Virus record (IMG/VR): IMGVR_UViG_3300043579_000163 | Span: 1-64,000 of that record | From: a virus | Taxonomy: Duplodnaviria > Caudoviricetes | DNA: 64,000 bases | Reading direction: 5' to 3' (one strand) | The notes under the pieces: generated by a model | The model's input: the letters and a program-made list of their open reading frames with translations, nothing else | What the model was told of the DNA's origin: nothing | Databases searched by the model: none | Made by a program: the position numbers and the translations under genes | Shown: positions 7,992-16,487 of the stretch, piece by piece | Layout of the letters: each line of letters starts with the position of its first letter | Numbering within the stretch: the stretch's first letter is position 1

Positions 7992-8438
7992 TTAGTGGTT
8001 GCCCCCGCTCGGGTTGTTGATGTGCCCGGGAGGAACGAAGGTGCCGCCGCCAGCGCCGCCAGTTCCGTTTCCGCCAGTGCCCACCCCGCCGTTGCCACCA
8101 GTGCCGCCAAGGCCAACGCTCGTCGCTCCGCCGCCGGACTGCTCAACGTTGGTGTTGCTACGGGCCGGGCGCAGCACCGCTGCCGCGCCGACCAGACCGC
8201 CGGCATTCGCGACAGCCGGGACGAATCCAGGACCGCCCGCTCCATTCAGCACGACGAGTTCACCGGACTTGGTCAGCCGGCACACCGTCGTGGTGCTCGG
8301 GGCGAAGACGCCAGCCGTTTTGATGCGAATGATTTTGTCGCCGTTCGGAAGGGTGCCGATTTCTTTCACGCCGGCTTTCGCCAAGCTAACCGAGAGCAGC
8401 AGGGCTGCAATCGCCAACAGGTTTTTGATTTTGGTCAT
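7992..8438 (-). CDS. Exported protein with signal peptide and Gly-rich C-terminal half
   Basis: MTKIKNLLAIAALLLSVSLAKA signal peptide; GGTGGNGGVGTGG tail. Confidence 0.7.
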   Translation of the reverse strand: MTKIKNLLAIAALLLSVSLAKAGVKEIGTLPNGDKIIRIKTAGVFAPSTTTVCRLTKSGELVVLNGAGGPGFVPAVANAGGLVGAAAVLRPARSNTNVEQSGGGATSVGLGGTGGNGGVGTGGNGTGGAGGGTFVPPGHINNPSGGNH

Positions 8439-8479
8439 TGTGTTCGTAGGTTACACGAGACGACGGGTCCCGTCAAATT

Positions 8480-8911
8480 TCACTTCTGCTCCACGCCATT
8501 GATGCTGTGGTTGATTTTGTCCCAGGTCTCCGTGACCTTCCGACCGTGAGTCAAACGAGAGAATCTGTGCGTGTTCGGGTCGTATTCCTGCCAGTCCTTG
8601 GCCCAGGGGCCGCGGAAGGTGAGGACCCAGGTCGTGCCGAAGGAGAAGACGCGGTGAAATGTGTTCCGCAAGGTCCGCACAGGACGCAGACCTGAAAAGT
8701 GAGCTACGGCAGGGCCCTGAAGGAACTCTTCCCACAAGACTCCGCGCAGAACCCAGGACACGCTGTTAAAGGCGTGTGAGTGGAACGATTCGCGTGTGCC
8801 GTGCGTGAAGCGCAACAGCGCGACGCTGAACAGCCCCTTGATTTCACACAGCCAGAAGGCCGTGACGTTAGACTCAGGCCCACCGTCTTTTGATATAGAG
8901 AGGAGTTTCAT
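8480..8911 (-). CDS. Cupin-like protein
   Basis: FHSHAFNSVSWVLRGVLWEE ... TFHRV (HxH...E...H metal motif). Confidence 0.6.
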   Translation of the reverse strand: MKLLSISKDGGPESNVTAFWLCEIKGLFSVALLRFTHGTRESFHSHAFNSVSWVLRGVLWEEFLQGPAVAHFSGLRPVRTLRNTFHRVFSFGTTWVLTFRGPWAKDWQEYDPNTHRFSRLTHGRKVTETWDKINHSINGVEQK

Positions 8912-10143
8912 TGCTGTCCTGTGATGATGGTTTTCGGTTCCCCACGAAGCTCTCCGTCCGAGGGCAGGAACTTCTTGTAGAAGCCGCGGTCGAAAAACAT
9001 GTTGAATTCCGGTCGAACCCGAGTGATGGCTCCGGTCTTCGAGGACATCTTGAACTCGAGGATGACACCTCCGATTTCGTAGCGCAGGTGTTTAGTGCGC
9101 CCGAAAATGGTCTGCTCCTGGAATCCCGGCATCCCGATGATATGGACGTTCCGGTCGAAGCTGTAGCCGCTGACGTGATAGTGGCCCTGCACCAGAATGG
9201 CCGGCTTCTCGCCGCCCTGGAAGCTCTCCACCATCTTCTGGCCCTTGTAAGACCGCGCGTAAGCACTGCCGCCGCCCGGGTGCTGAATCTTCATGCGGTT
9301 CACGAACTCCCCGCAGCGCAGCTCGACGTCGGCCTCGACGTGCCCGATGTATTTCATGTCCTTCCGCCCGAGCCGCTCGCAGACCATCTGAAGATAGGCC
9401 CCGAAGTTGAAGCCCTCTTTCTGCCACCAGCCTTCGTGGTCGTTGCCGGTGATGAAGTGCGTTGTGACCCCGTCGCGTTTCGGATAATGGCGCGCGCAGT
9501 AGAGCGCCTGCCCGTCCACGCTGGTTTCGAAAACGCTGCCGCCGTTAATGCGGGGCACGTAGCCGTCGACGATGTTGCCAGCGTGGAAAACGTCGCGAAC
9601 TCCCTCGCGGGCGAACAGGTCATATTGAGCGTTGAGCGCGTCGAGCCTCTCTTCCCGGCAGCACAGATGCGTGTCGGCCACGAGCCCGATTTTCGTCCAG
9701 GCGTCGCCGTCGAAAACATCGAGCGGGATGCTGCCGAACTCCGTGGGGACCGTCTTGGCCTGCTCGATGAGCGGGTCCTGCTTCGCGGCCGCACCATCAG
9801 CGGGGCTGGGGGTCGGTGCGGGTTCCCCCGCCACTTGGACCACAGGACCCGGAGACGTGCAGACCGCCCACTCGCGACCGTTCCATTCCCTAGGCAAACC
9901 GTCGGGACCAACCCAGATGGGGTTTTCGGGACGCACGAAGTTAGGCATCTTCGCTGCCGGCCCTTTCGCGGAGGCGACCAGTTTTCTCGGCGCACGGAAA
10001 AGCAGACTCTCCGGTGCGAAGCGCTGACGGGCCCGGCGGATGGCGGGTTCGCTCACGCCAAAGAACGTAGCAAGGTGGTCATCCTCACACCCGTCTTTGA
10101 TTAGTTGCTTCAGGGTGACTCTATCCGTTTGTGTCCATTTCAT
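8908..10143 (-). CDS. Calcineurin-like metallophosphoesterase with N-terminal HTH
   Basis: VADTH, HAGNIVDG, TGNDHE, QHP, GHYH motifs; N-terminal LATFFGVSEPAIRR HTH-like segment. Confidence 0.85.
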   Translation of the reverse strand: MKWTQTDRVTLKQLIKDGCEDDHLATFFGVSEPAIRRARQRFAPESLLFRAPRKLVASAKGPAAKMPNFVRPENPIWVGPDGLPREWNGREWAVCTSPGPVVQVAGEPAPTPSPADGAAAKQDPLIEQAKTVPTEFGSIPLDVFDGDAWTKIGLVADTHLCCREERLDALNAQYDLFAREGVRDVFHAGNIVDGYVPRINGGSVFETSVDGQALYCARHYPKRDGVTTHFITGNDHEGWWQKEGFNFGAYLQMVCERLGRKDMKYIGHVEADVELRCGEFVNRMKIQHPGGGSAYARSYKGQKMVESFQGGEKPAILVQGHYHVSGYSFDRNVHIIGMPGFQEQTIFGRTKHLRYEIGGVILEFKMSSKTGAITRVRPEFNMFFDRGFYKKFLPSDGELRGEPKTIITGQQ

Positions 10144-10173
10144 TGGTGGTGTTCTTTTTGGGTTCGGGTTTAC

Positions 10174-10704
10174 TCACTTGGCGCTTCTCTTTGTTATGGT
10201 TATCGCCCACCGGAGCAAGTGTAAGGCATCCGCGCAGTTGTCGTCAACTATGGTGATTGCCGGAAAAAGTTTAGTTGCCTCCCGGACCATGAAGTCCTTG
10301 TCAGCCGCGCCGCTGCCCGTGGCAAGCTTTTTCAACGCGGTCACGGGGATGCAGTCCGTCTCGACATTGTGGATGTAGCAGAAAAGCCACACCGCGGCGC
10401 GGAAGCTGGACCAGAGCTGGGTCTGCATGGTGTAGCGAGAAAACTGCACGTCCTCGAACACCAGGAAGTCCACGGGATAGTTGACGAGGCCGGCGTCACA
10501 CTTGTGGTCCGCCCAAAGCAGACGAAGCCGCTGATACAGCGCAGGAATGCGCGGGTCCAGCCGGCGGTCTAGGCGCGCCTTGGCTGCGCGTTTTCTCTTG
10601 GCCTCGTCTTGCAAGAGCCACGAGCCCGCGGTAATCTTGCCGGCGGCATCCCGGTAGGCCCAGCCGGTCGTGGTTCCGAGGTCGAGTGCGAGGAGGGTCT
10701 TCAC
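10174..10704 (-). CDS. RuvC-like Holliday junction resolvase
   Basis: LLALDLGTTTGWA, FEDV, DDNCADAL acidic residues. Confidence 0.85.
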   Translation of the reverse strand: MKTLLALDLGTTTGWAYRDAAGKITAGSWLLQDEAKRKRAAKARLDRRLDPRIPALYQRLRLLWADHKCDAGLVNYPVDFLVFEDVQFSRYTMQTQLWSSFRAAVWLFCYIHNVETDCIPVTALKKLATGSGAADKDFMVREATKLFPAITIVDDNCADALHLLRWAITITKRSAK

Positions 10705-11408
10705 TTCGCCGCCCTCTTGAACCCCGCGCGCAGCTTCGCTACAATCTGTCCGTGCGCCGCGTGAACCGCCTGCCGGCTCACCTTGCGCTGCCGAGCAATG
10801 TCGGCCATGCTAATTTTCTCATCATAAATGAGCCGGAGCAGCTCCCTCTCGCCGACAGTGAGCTTGCAGCGGCACTTTTTTAGCATCGAGAGGTTCAGTC
10901 CCCGTTCTTCTTGCTCCATCACAATCTCGTCGGTCGACGGGGCTAGCTCGGCAATCTGGCGCTGCGTCTTCACGGGAAGGTGAGGCGGGTTTGTTCCTCG
11001 GTTATTGTCATGCTCCTCTTCCGTGTAGGGCGTGAAGCCGGGGAACTTGTCCGAGTGTGAGGAGGGCGTCACCGTGTTCTTAGACTTCCACAGACCGGCA
11101 ATGGCGCCGCGCAGAAAGGGCATCAGGTAGCGTGTGAAACGATTTCCCCGCTCCGGGTCGAACCTGTCGATGGCGTTCATCAGCGCGGCGTTCACGGCGG
11201 ATATCACTTCATCATCTGGAAGCCGGCCACGATTCTGGCGGCGAGCGAATCGTGCAGCGAACAGCAGATGGTTGTGGATAAGGAATTCACGAGCCGCTGT
11301 GTCGCCCTTTTTCGCCGCCACGAAAAGATTGCGTTCTTCTTCGGGAGTGGTGAGTTTGAAGCGGAGGTTTTCGTTTGCACGATAGTAGTTATTGCTGTTG
11401 GGTGTCAT
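10701..11408 (-). CDS. RNA polymerase sigma70-family sigma factor
   Basis: Region 1.2 LTTPEEERNLFVAAKKGDTAAREFLI, region 2 ALMNAIDRFDPERGNRFTRY, region 4 HTH ISMADIARQRKVSRQAV. Confidence 0.9.
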   Translation of the reverse strand: MTPNSNNYYRANENLRFKLTTPEEERNLFVAAKKGDTAAREFLIHNHLLFAARFARRQNRGRLPDDEVISAVNAALMNAIDRFDPERGNRFTRYLMPFLRGAIAGLWKSKNTVTPSSHSDKFPGFTPYTEEEHDNNRGTNPPHLPVKTQRQIAELAPSTDEIVMEQEERGLNLSMLKKCRCKLTVGERELLRLIYDEKISMADIARQRKVSRQAVHAAHGQIVAKLRAGFKRAAK

Positions 11409-13662
11409 TAGATTTCTGGTAAATGCTGTCCGTCCTTTGTTCAGGCACTTCCAGAACCGTGAGATTCTTCGGATAGTGTGTGCAGCGGTCGATTTCGTAT
11501 GTGCGAATCTTGGAGCCCTCGAGAATGCGAATCTTGAACTGCGAACTCTTGCTCAGGGTCATCAGGTCGCGCTTGATGCGGTCCAGGTCGAACTTGCGTA
11601 GAACCTCCGTGAGCCCCGGAACCTGCGCGAACTGTTGCCATAGGTCAAGCGCGCTGCCGGTCCACACGTTGGCGTCGGGGTTCGTCTTTGTGAAGTATTC
11701 GCGCATGAAGGCGTTCATCAGCTCCGCAGTGTTCGAGGCGCGGCTGCTCTGCTGGGCTGAGATGACCATGTATGGGTCGTGATAAGGCTTGATGCCCCCG
11801 AATCGCTCATCCCGGACGGCTGAGCTACGGCATTGCTCGGGGATTTCGTAATCCAGCAGGAAGCGACCGAACCAGGGCAACTCGCGGTCGAGGATGGTCT
11901 TCACCTCACCCCACCCGGGAAAAGATTTTGTCCGTTCTTTCGCCAGGAACATCATCACCTTGTCAGCCATTTCGGCGTCCATGTCGGGAGGCGTGAAAGA
12001 CGTGGAGTCCATGTTGCAGGTAATCACGGTTAGGGCGCAGTTCCCAATCACCGCGCCGATACGAAACTTTTCGTTGCACTCTTTGGAAGGGTTCGCGACA
12101 CTCTGTTTTACCTTCTCGCAAAACTTCCGCCACACTGGCGAGTTGGTTTCCATCGAGGTGTCGTCAACGGCGTGATACGCGTAATCGAAAAGCTGAGAGT
12201 TGAAGTTCGTTTCCCCGAGCAGGTGGGCCTTCGCCTCAGCGAAGCCTCCCAAAAGCCGGCCCATCACCTCACGGCTCTGGAAAGTTTTTCCGCATCCGAC
12301 AGGACCTCCGATGTAGAGAGCATGACCCGGGGTCAGGTTCCGGTTGTAACAGCCCTTGTAGGCCTTGCTTGCCCAGCTCAGGAAAAACGGGAGCTGGTCA
12401 GGCGTGGCGAAAAAGTTGTCATAGAGGTCCGAGAGGAACGGGAACTGTCCTTCGGGGCCCCAGATTGCTTTTCCCTCCGCCGGCTGGATTACGTCGCGCG
12501 TGTGAGTGTTAAGGTAGTAGTGACCGTTGAAAAAGATTTTGCCCTTGGGTTCTGAAAAGGCGAAGCTGGCGTGCGCCTTCACGCGTTGCTCATTGTGGAT
12601 GTAGGCGTATGCAGCCTCGACCTCAGAGAACCTCTCGCCCTTTTTCTTGCTGACCTCTCGCGACAGGCCGCGCATCACTACCAGCTCGGTCTGCACGTTG
12701 TCCTTGTTCAGGATGTCCCAGCGCCCGCTCTCCCTTTTTACCGCATAGTCCTTTCCGTCGAAGTAGACGTCCTTCACTGCCGTTCCAATTCGGTTCTGTT
12801 CAAACTGCTTCACCCAGTCTGCGCCCAGCAGCTCGGACCAGGACCACCAGCCCTTGCCCAACTGATTCGCATGATTGGAAAAGGTCTTCATGCCGTTGTC
12901 CATCACGATGGCGGACCTCTCCGAAGTTGAGCCATCGACCCAGAAGGTTGGTCCCTGCGCCCCCAGGGCGAAGTCTCCCTTCCATTCTTGGAAGCGGGGA
13001 TACTTGTCCTTGAGTTCTCGTAGACGTTCAGCCACCACGGGAATCGGGATGACAACGCCCGGTTCCATATCCTTCCATGAATACGAGCGACACAGCTTGA
13101 CCAGCCAGCCGACAACCAGAGCGTGCGGGATGGGGTTCGGGTTCACCTGACGCCATTGGCAACCATTCGCGTAATAGCGAGAGGGCTCCGTGTATCCAGA
13201 GTCCAGGTTGCTCAGCTCTTTAATCGGAAGGAAATCATGAATACTTTTTAGCAGGAAGACTGCAAAGTTTCGGGATGAGAGGAGAATGGGCACCTCGAAA
13301 ATCCAAACCAGCCGCCAGTTGCCGGACAGGGAACGCTCTACCCAGTTCGGCTTTATGTCCATGCGCGCGATTGCCGATTCGACTTCCTGTTCCGTGAACT
13401 TCGCGTCATAGTCACCCACGAAACACCGAAGCTCTCGCGGAGAGTTCGCACTGTCCTTTCCACCGGCCTCGCTCACGCGCGCGTTCTCGTTGATGGCAAC
13501 GAAGCCCGTGTAGAACATGAAGTCGGTTGCGGGTAAATTTGCCCAGGTCTCCCGGGCCGCCTTGTCTCCGAGACAATTCGGGGGAACTAGGTCAAGCTTG
13601 ATGAACTCCCAGGGGTTGCCTTCAAAGGTTTCGGTAGAGGAAAGGTTTTTGAGGTATCGCAT
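11389..13662 (-). CDS. Primase-helicase (N-terminal primase-like DxD domain, C-terminal SF3/D5-like NTPase)
   Basis: VGDYDA...RSLSGNWRLVW; YIGGPVGCGKT Walker A; HAVDD Walker B; adjacent to the DNA polymerase. Confidence 0.8.
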   Translation of the reverse strand: MRYLKNLSSTETFEGNPWEFIKLDLVPPNCLGDKAARETWANLPATDFMFYTGFVAINENARVSEAGGKDSANSPRELRCFVGDYDAKFTEQEVESAIARMDIKPNWVERSLSGNWRLVWIFEVPILLSSRNFAVFLLKSIHDFLPIKELSNLDSGYTEPSRYYANGCQWRQVNPNPIPHALVVGWLVKLCRSYSWKDMEPGVVIPIPVVAERLRELKDKYPRFQEWKGDFALGAQGPTFWVDGSTSERSAIVMDNGMKTFSNHANQLGKGWWSWSELLGADWVKQFEQNRIGTAVKDVYFDGKDYAVKRESGRWDILNKDNVQTELVVMRGLSREVSKKKGERFSEVEAAYAYIHNEQRVKAHASFAFSEPKGKIFFNGHYYLNTHTRDVIQPAEGKAIWGPEGQFPFLSDLYDNFFATPDQLPFFLSWASKAYKGCYNRNLTPGHALYIGGPVGCGKTFQSREVMGRLLGGFAEAKAHLLGETNFNSQLFDYAYHAVDDTSMETNSPVWRKFCEKVKQSVANPSKECNEKFRIGAVIGNCALTVITCNMDSTSFTPPDMDAEMADKVMMFLAKERTKSFPGWGEVKTILDRELPWFGRFLLDYEIPEQCRSSAVRDERFGGIKPYHDPYMVISAQQSSRASNTAELMNAFMREYFTKTNPDANVWTGSALDLWQQFAQVPGLTEVLRKFDLDRIKRDLMTLSKSSQFKIRILEGSKIRTYEIDRCTHYPKNLTVLEVPEQRTDSIYQKSNDTQQQ

Positions 13663-13702
13663 GCAGCCCCTAAGAGTATGTCACCTGTAGGCCTCTCGTC
13701 AA

Positions 13703-15709
13703 CTATTTCAAATAGTGGGGGACCTCTTTTGCTTCCGCGGTGAGCGGGCAGCCCTTCAACCACTCCGGGCACTGCGACATCACGTCTTGAACGTCCTTGG
13801 CCGACACTGACTGGTCAACCTCATTCACGGCCTCGTCATGCGCCGTGAACAACACCGTCCCATCACCAAAGTTTCGGTCCAGCTCTAGGCAGTGAAAACC
13901 AAAGACATCCCGGGCAATCGCCTGCACCATGTTTTCCGTGAGCATCCCTCCGTAGAACGGAACGCGCATCAGTCGGCCATTCTTGATTGCCTCGGCGCGG
14001 ACGCACAGCCGATTCCGCCATCCGCCCTTCTCTTCATCAAAATGCTTCACCCACTCGCGAGCCACCTTGCGGTAGTAGAGGGAACGACCGCTAGGGAGTT
14101 CAACGGAAAACTCTCCGTCCAGCACGCTGTCACGGTAGGCCTTGTCCAGATGCTTCCAGAGCGCAACAATTTTCGGGTTGTTGGCGCGGAACTCCTTCAC
14201 GCACTTCCTTGAAAAGGTTCCGTAGCCCGAGACCATCTTCGGTGTTCCGTCCTTGTTCAGGATTGGCTCCCCGTCCTCGTTGAGCACGGCGACGAACTCC
14301 GGGTCATCCTTGGTGACATCGCAGCGGGCTTGGTCCCAGGCCAGCTTGATGAACTTCTCCCAGGCGCACTGATAGCCGAGGCCGAGGACCTGCGCCTTGC
14401 TCAGCGCATACCTGTCCTTGTCCTGCTTTTTCATGTCGCCGCCGGTCCAGCCCATCTGTTGGCGCGCGAAGGCCTCGTAGGGAGACTGGCCGGAAGCCAT
14501 CATGTCCAACAACTCTTGGTTGCCGGTGACCCAGGCCAGCACGCGCGGCTCAATCTGGGAGAGGTCCGACACAATCATTTTCTTGCCGGGCCGCGGGATG
14601 AAAATGGAGCGGAGGTCGAGCGAGGCCGTGACAAATCCTGGCAATGGCTTCCCCTCATTCTGTGTCTTCTCAATCTCTTTCAGGCGGTCGGGCTCGTTGA
14701 TGAGGTAGCCCTTGTCGTCGCGATACAGCGGCTCCTTTCGGGGATTCTGCATGTTCACGCCGCCGTCGCCACTCCACCGTCCCGTGTGCGCCCCGAAATA
14801 CTTCAGACGAAACTGTAGGATTCCCTCGGGGGTGAGCCGCTCCTTGATGGTCTCGAGCGAGCCCAGGAAAAGGTTGATGCTCCTTCGCTTGGCGACGTTG
14901 GCCACCCACTCAAAACGGGGAGCATACAAAGCCTCCCACTCGTCAAAGGCCTCCTCGCCCTCGTGAGCCTTAACGGGAGGGGAGGGGATGCCCGATGCCC
15001 GGCACCGTTCCGCAATGGCTTTCGGGGACGTGGGCGCGTGGCCCTCTGCAATCCAGGGCAGCGTGGCCTCGCAGTCCTTTAGCATCGTGTGCGCCGTCTT
15101 AATGTAATCAACGAGCTTGGAAACATCGATTTGAATGCCGCGCTTTCCCTGGCGCGAGGTCTGGCGGGCGAGAGCCCTCTCAAACTCCGGCCACTTATCT
15201 CCATGCTTGACCCACAGCTCTCGCGTGGTAACCGCGTCCCTGCGCCCGTAGCGCACCATTTCATCCCACCATCCCTCGGCCTTAATCTGGTCCGCGGTCT
15301 TTCCGTTGGCCTTCGCGCGCGCGTGCTTGTCCAGCACAACGTCCAGAAGAAACTTAGCGGCCTCTTCAAGACTGCGGCGGTTACATAAATACGCCGACAT
15401 GTTCGCCGTGCAGAACCAATCCTTCGGATGGATTATCGGCGCGATGCCCAGTTCGACCTGACGCTCATATACCCCGCTATCAAAGTGTTCGTTGTGACTA
15501 ACCAGGGTGTTGTCATCCAGGGAGGACCAATTAAAGTCCCTCGGATGTCCTGCCCATGTCTCCGACTCATCGGCCACGGTTATCAGATAATTATCAAACC
15601 TCGGACTGTGCAGGTAGGCATAGTCGCCCATCTGCGTAATGGAAAAACCCCCGCCCTTCTTGGACTTGTGGTAAAAGGTTTCCGTGTCGAATCCGATAAT
15701 GCGATGCAT
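13703..15709 (-). CDS. polA: DNA polymerase family A with 3'-5' exonuclease
   Basis: GFDTET (ExoI), SDLSQIEPR (motif A), KAQVLGLGY (motif B), AHDE (motif C), FYGGMLTENMVQAIARD. Confidence 0.93.
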   Translation of the reverse strand: MHRIIGFDTETFYHKSKKGGGFSITQMGDYAYLHSPRFDNYLITVADESETWAGHPRDFNWSSLDDNTLVSHNEHFDSGVYERQVELGIAPIIHPKDWFCTANMSAYLCNRRSLEEAAKFLLDVVLDKHARAKANGKTADQIKAEGWWDEMVRYGRRDAVTTRELWVKHGDKWPEFERALARQTSRQGKRGIQIDVSKLVDYIKTAHTMLKDCEATLPWIAEGHAPTSPKAIAERCRASGIPSPPVKAHEGEEAFDEWEALYAPRFEWVANVAKRRSINLFLGSLETIKERLTPEGILQFRLKYFGAHTGRWSGDGGVNMQNPRKEPLYRDDKGYLINEPDRLKEIEKTQNEGKPLPGFVTASLDLRSIFIPRPGKKMIVSDLSQIEPRVLAWVTGNQELLDMMASGQSPYEAFARQQMGWTGGDMKKQDKDRYALSKAQVLGLGYQCAWEKFIKLAWDQARCDVTKDDPEFVAVLNEDGEPILNKDGTPKMVSGYGTFSRKCVKEFRANNPKIVALWKHLDKAYRDSVLDGEFSVELPSGRSLYYRKVAREWVKHFDEEKGGWRNRLCVRAEAIKNGRLMRVPFYGGMLTENMVQAIARDVFGFHCLELDRNFGDGTVLFTAHDEAVNEVDQSVSAKDVQDVMSQCPEWLKGCPLTAEAKEVPHYLK

Positions 15710-15713
15710 AAGA

Positions 15714-16049
15714 CTAAAGCGTGATTCCGCAGCTCGGGGTGCTTTGAACCTTGTTGCGAATGATTTTGCGAACCGCGGCCTCGAGACGCTTCTGTGCCGC
15801 CTCCGCGGCGAATCCGGGAATCAGGCGAAGGGAGACATACATCGGGTCGGGCTCCCCGTGCAGCGGCTCACGCACCTTGCTTTCGATTTGTCGAATCAGG
15901 CAATCGACCTCGGCCTCGATGTCGTCGAGAAATTCCTGGCTCACTCTCTTGAACTTGCCGGCTCGATGCGATTTGGAACAGGCCAACGCGTATTCCTTCA
16001 CGCTCGAGGCCACCGTCATGTTGGTTCTTTGATTATTCGTTTCGCTCAT
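15714..16049 (-). CDS. Putative histone-fold protein (phage/bacterial type) with central insertion
   Basis: MTVASSVKEYAL...KRVSQEFLDDIEAEV...AVRKIIRNKVQSTPSCGITL follows the helix1-RVS-helix2-helix3-GxTL pattern of prokaryotic histones (recalled). Confidence 0.5.
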   Translation of the reverse strand: MSETNNQRTNMTVASSVKEYALACSKSHRAGKFKRVSQEFLDDIEAEVDCLIRQIESKVREPLHGEPDPMYVSLRLIPGFAAEAAQKRLEAAVRKIIRNKVQSTPSCGITL

Positions 16050-16125
16050 AAAAGAAGCCCGGCGGAGGGTTCGCCGGGTGCGATTAAGCAAGCCAGCCAC
16101 ATTTTCCTTAATGCCGGGAAGGTCT

Positions 16126-16332
16126 TTAGTTAATTGTAACACAGCGCCAGGGACAGGTCAAACCAGAGAACCGCAGCTCTCCCCAGGCGAGTCGTTCCAT
16201 TTCGGAAAATGCGACCTCGCGCTTTGCCTCCCACTCACGCCGCACGTCGGCGGGCTGATTCAGGTCCAGGGCCATCTGCCAAGCCTCTTTCCAAGACTCG
16301 CGGGCGCGTTGATATTTTTCTGAAGGTGCCAT
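16126..16332 (-). CDS. Hypothetical protein
   Basis: 68 aa helical ORF. Confidence 0.5.
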   Translation of the reverse strand: MAPSEKYQRARESWKEAWQMALDLNQPADVRREWEAKREVAFSEMERLAWGELRFSGLTCPWRCVTIN

Positions 16333-16433
16333 GAAAGTAGCAGCCGATTCTGGGTTCTCCAGATTCCTTTTCCTGCTCGGCTTACACAGTATCGGGCCCA
16401 GCGTGCAGGCCTTTCCGCAAACTCGCCACGATG

Positions 16434-16469
16434 GAAAAAGGGCGAGTGGTTGATAAGGCCACCCGCCCC
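16434..16469 (-). terminator. Intrinsic terminator
   Basis: GGGCGGGTGG-loop-CCACTCGCCC followed by TTTTT. Confidence 0.85.
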
Positions 16470-16487
16470 AGTTGATACGGTGCTGAA

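Noticed and set aside
16340-16432. ZTP or c-di-GMP riboswitch downstream of the terminator
   Set aside because: Only fragments (TGGCGA, CGCTGGGC) match and the required P1/P3 pairing is missing, although the region may still be structured
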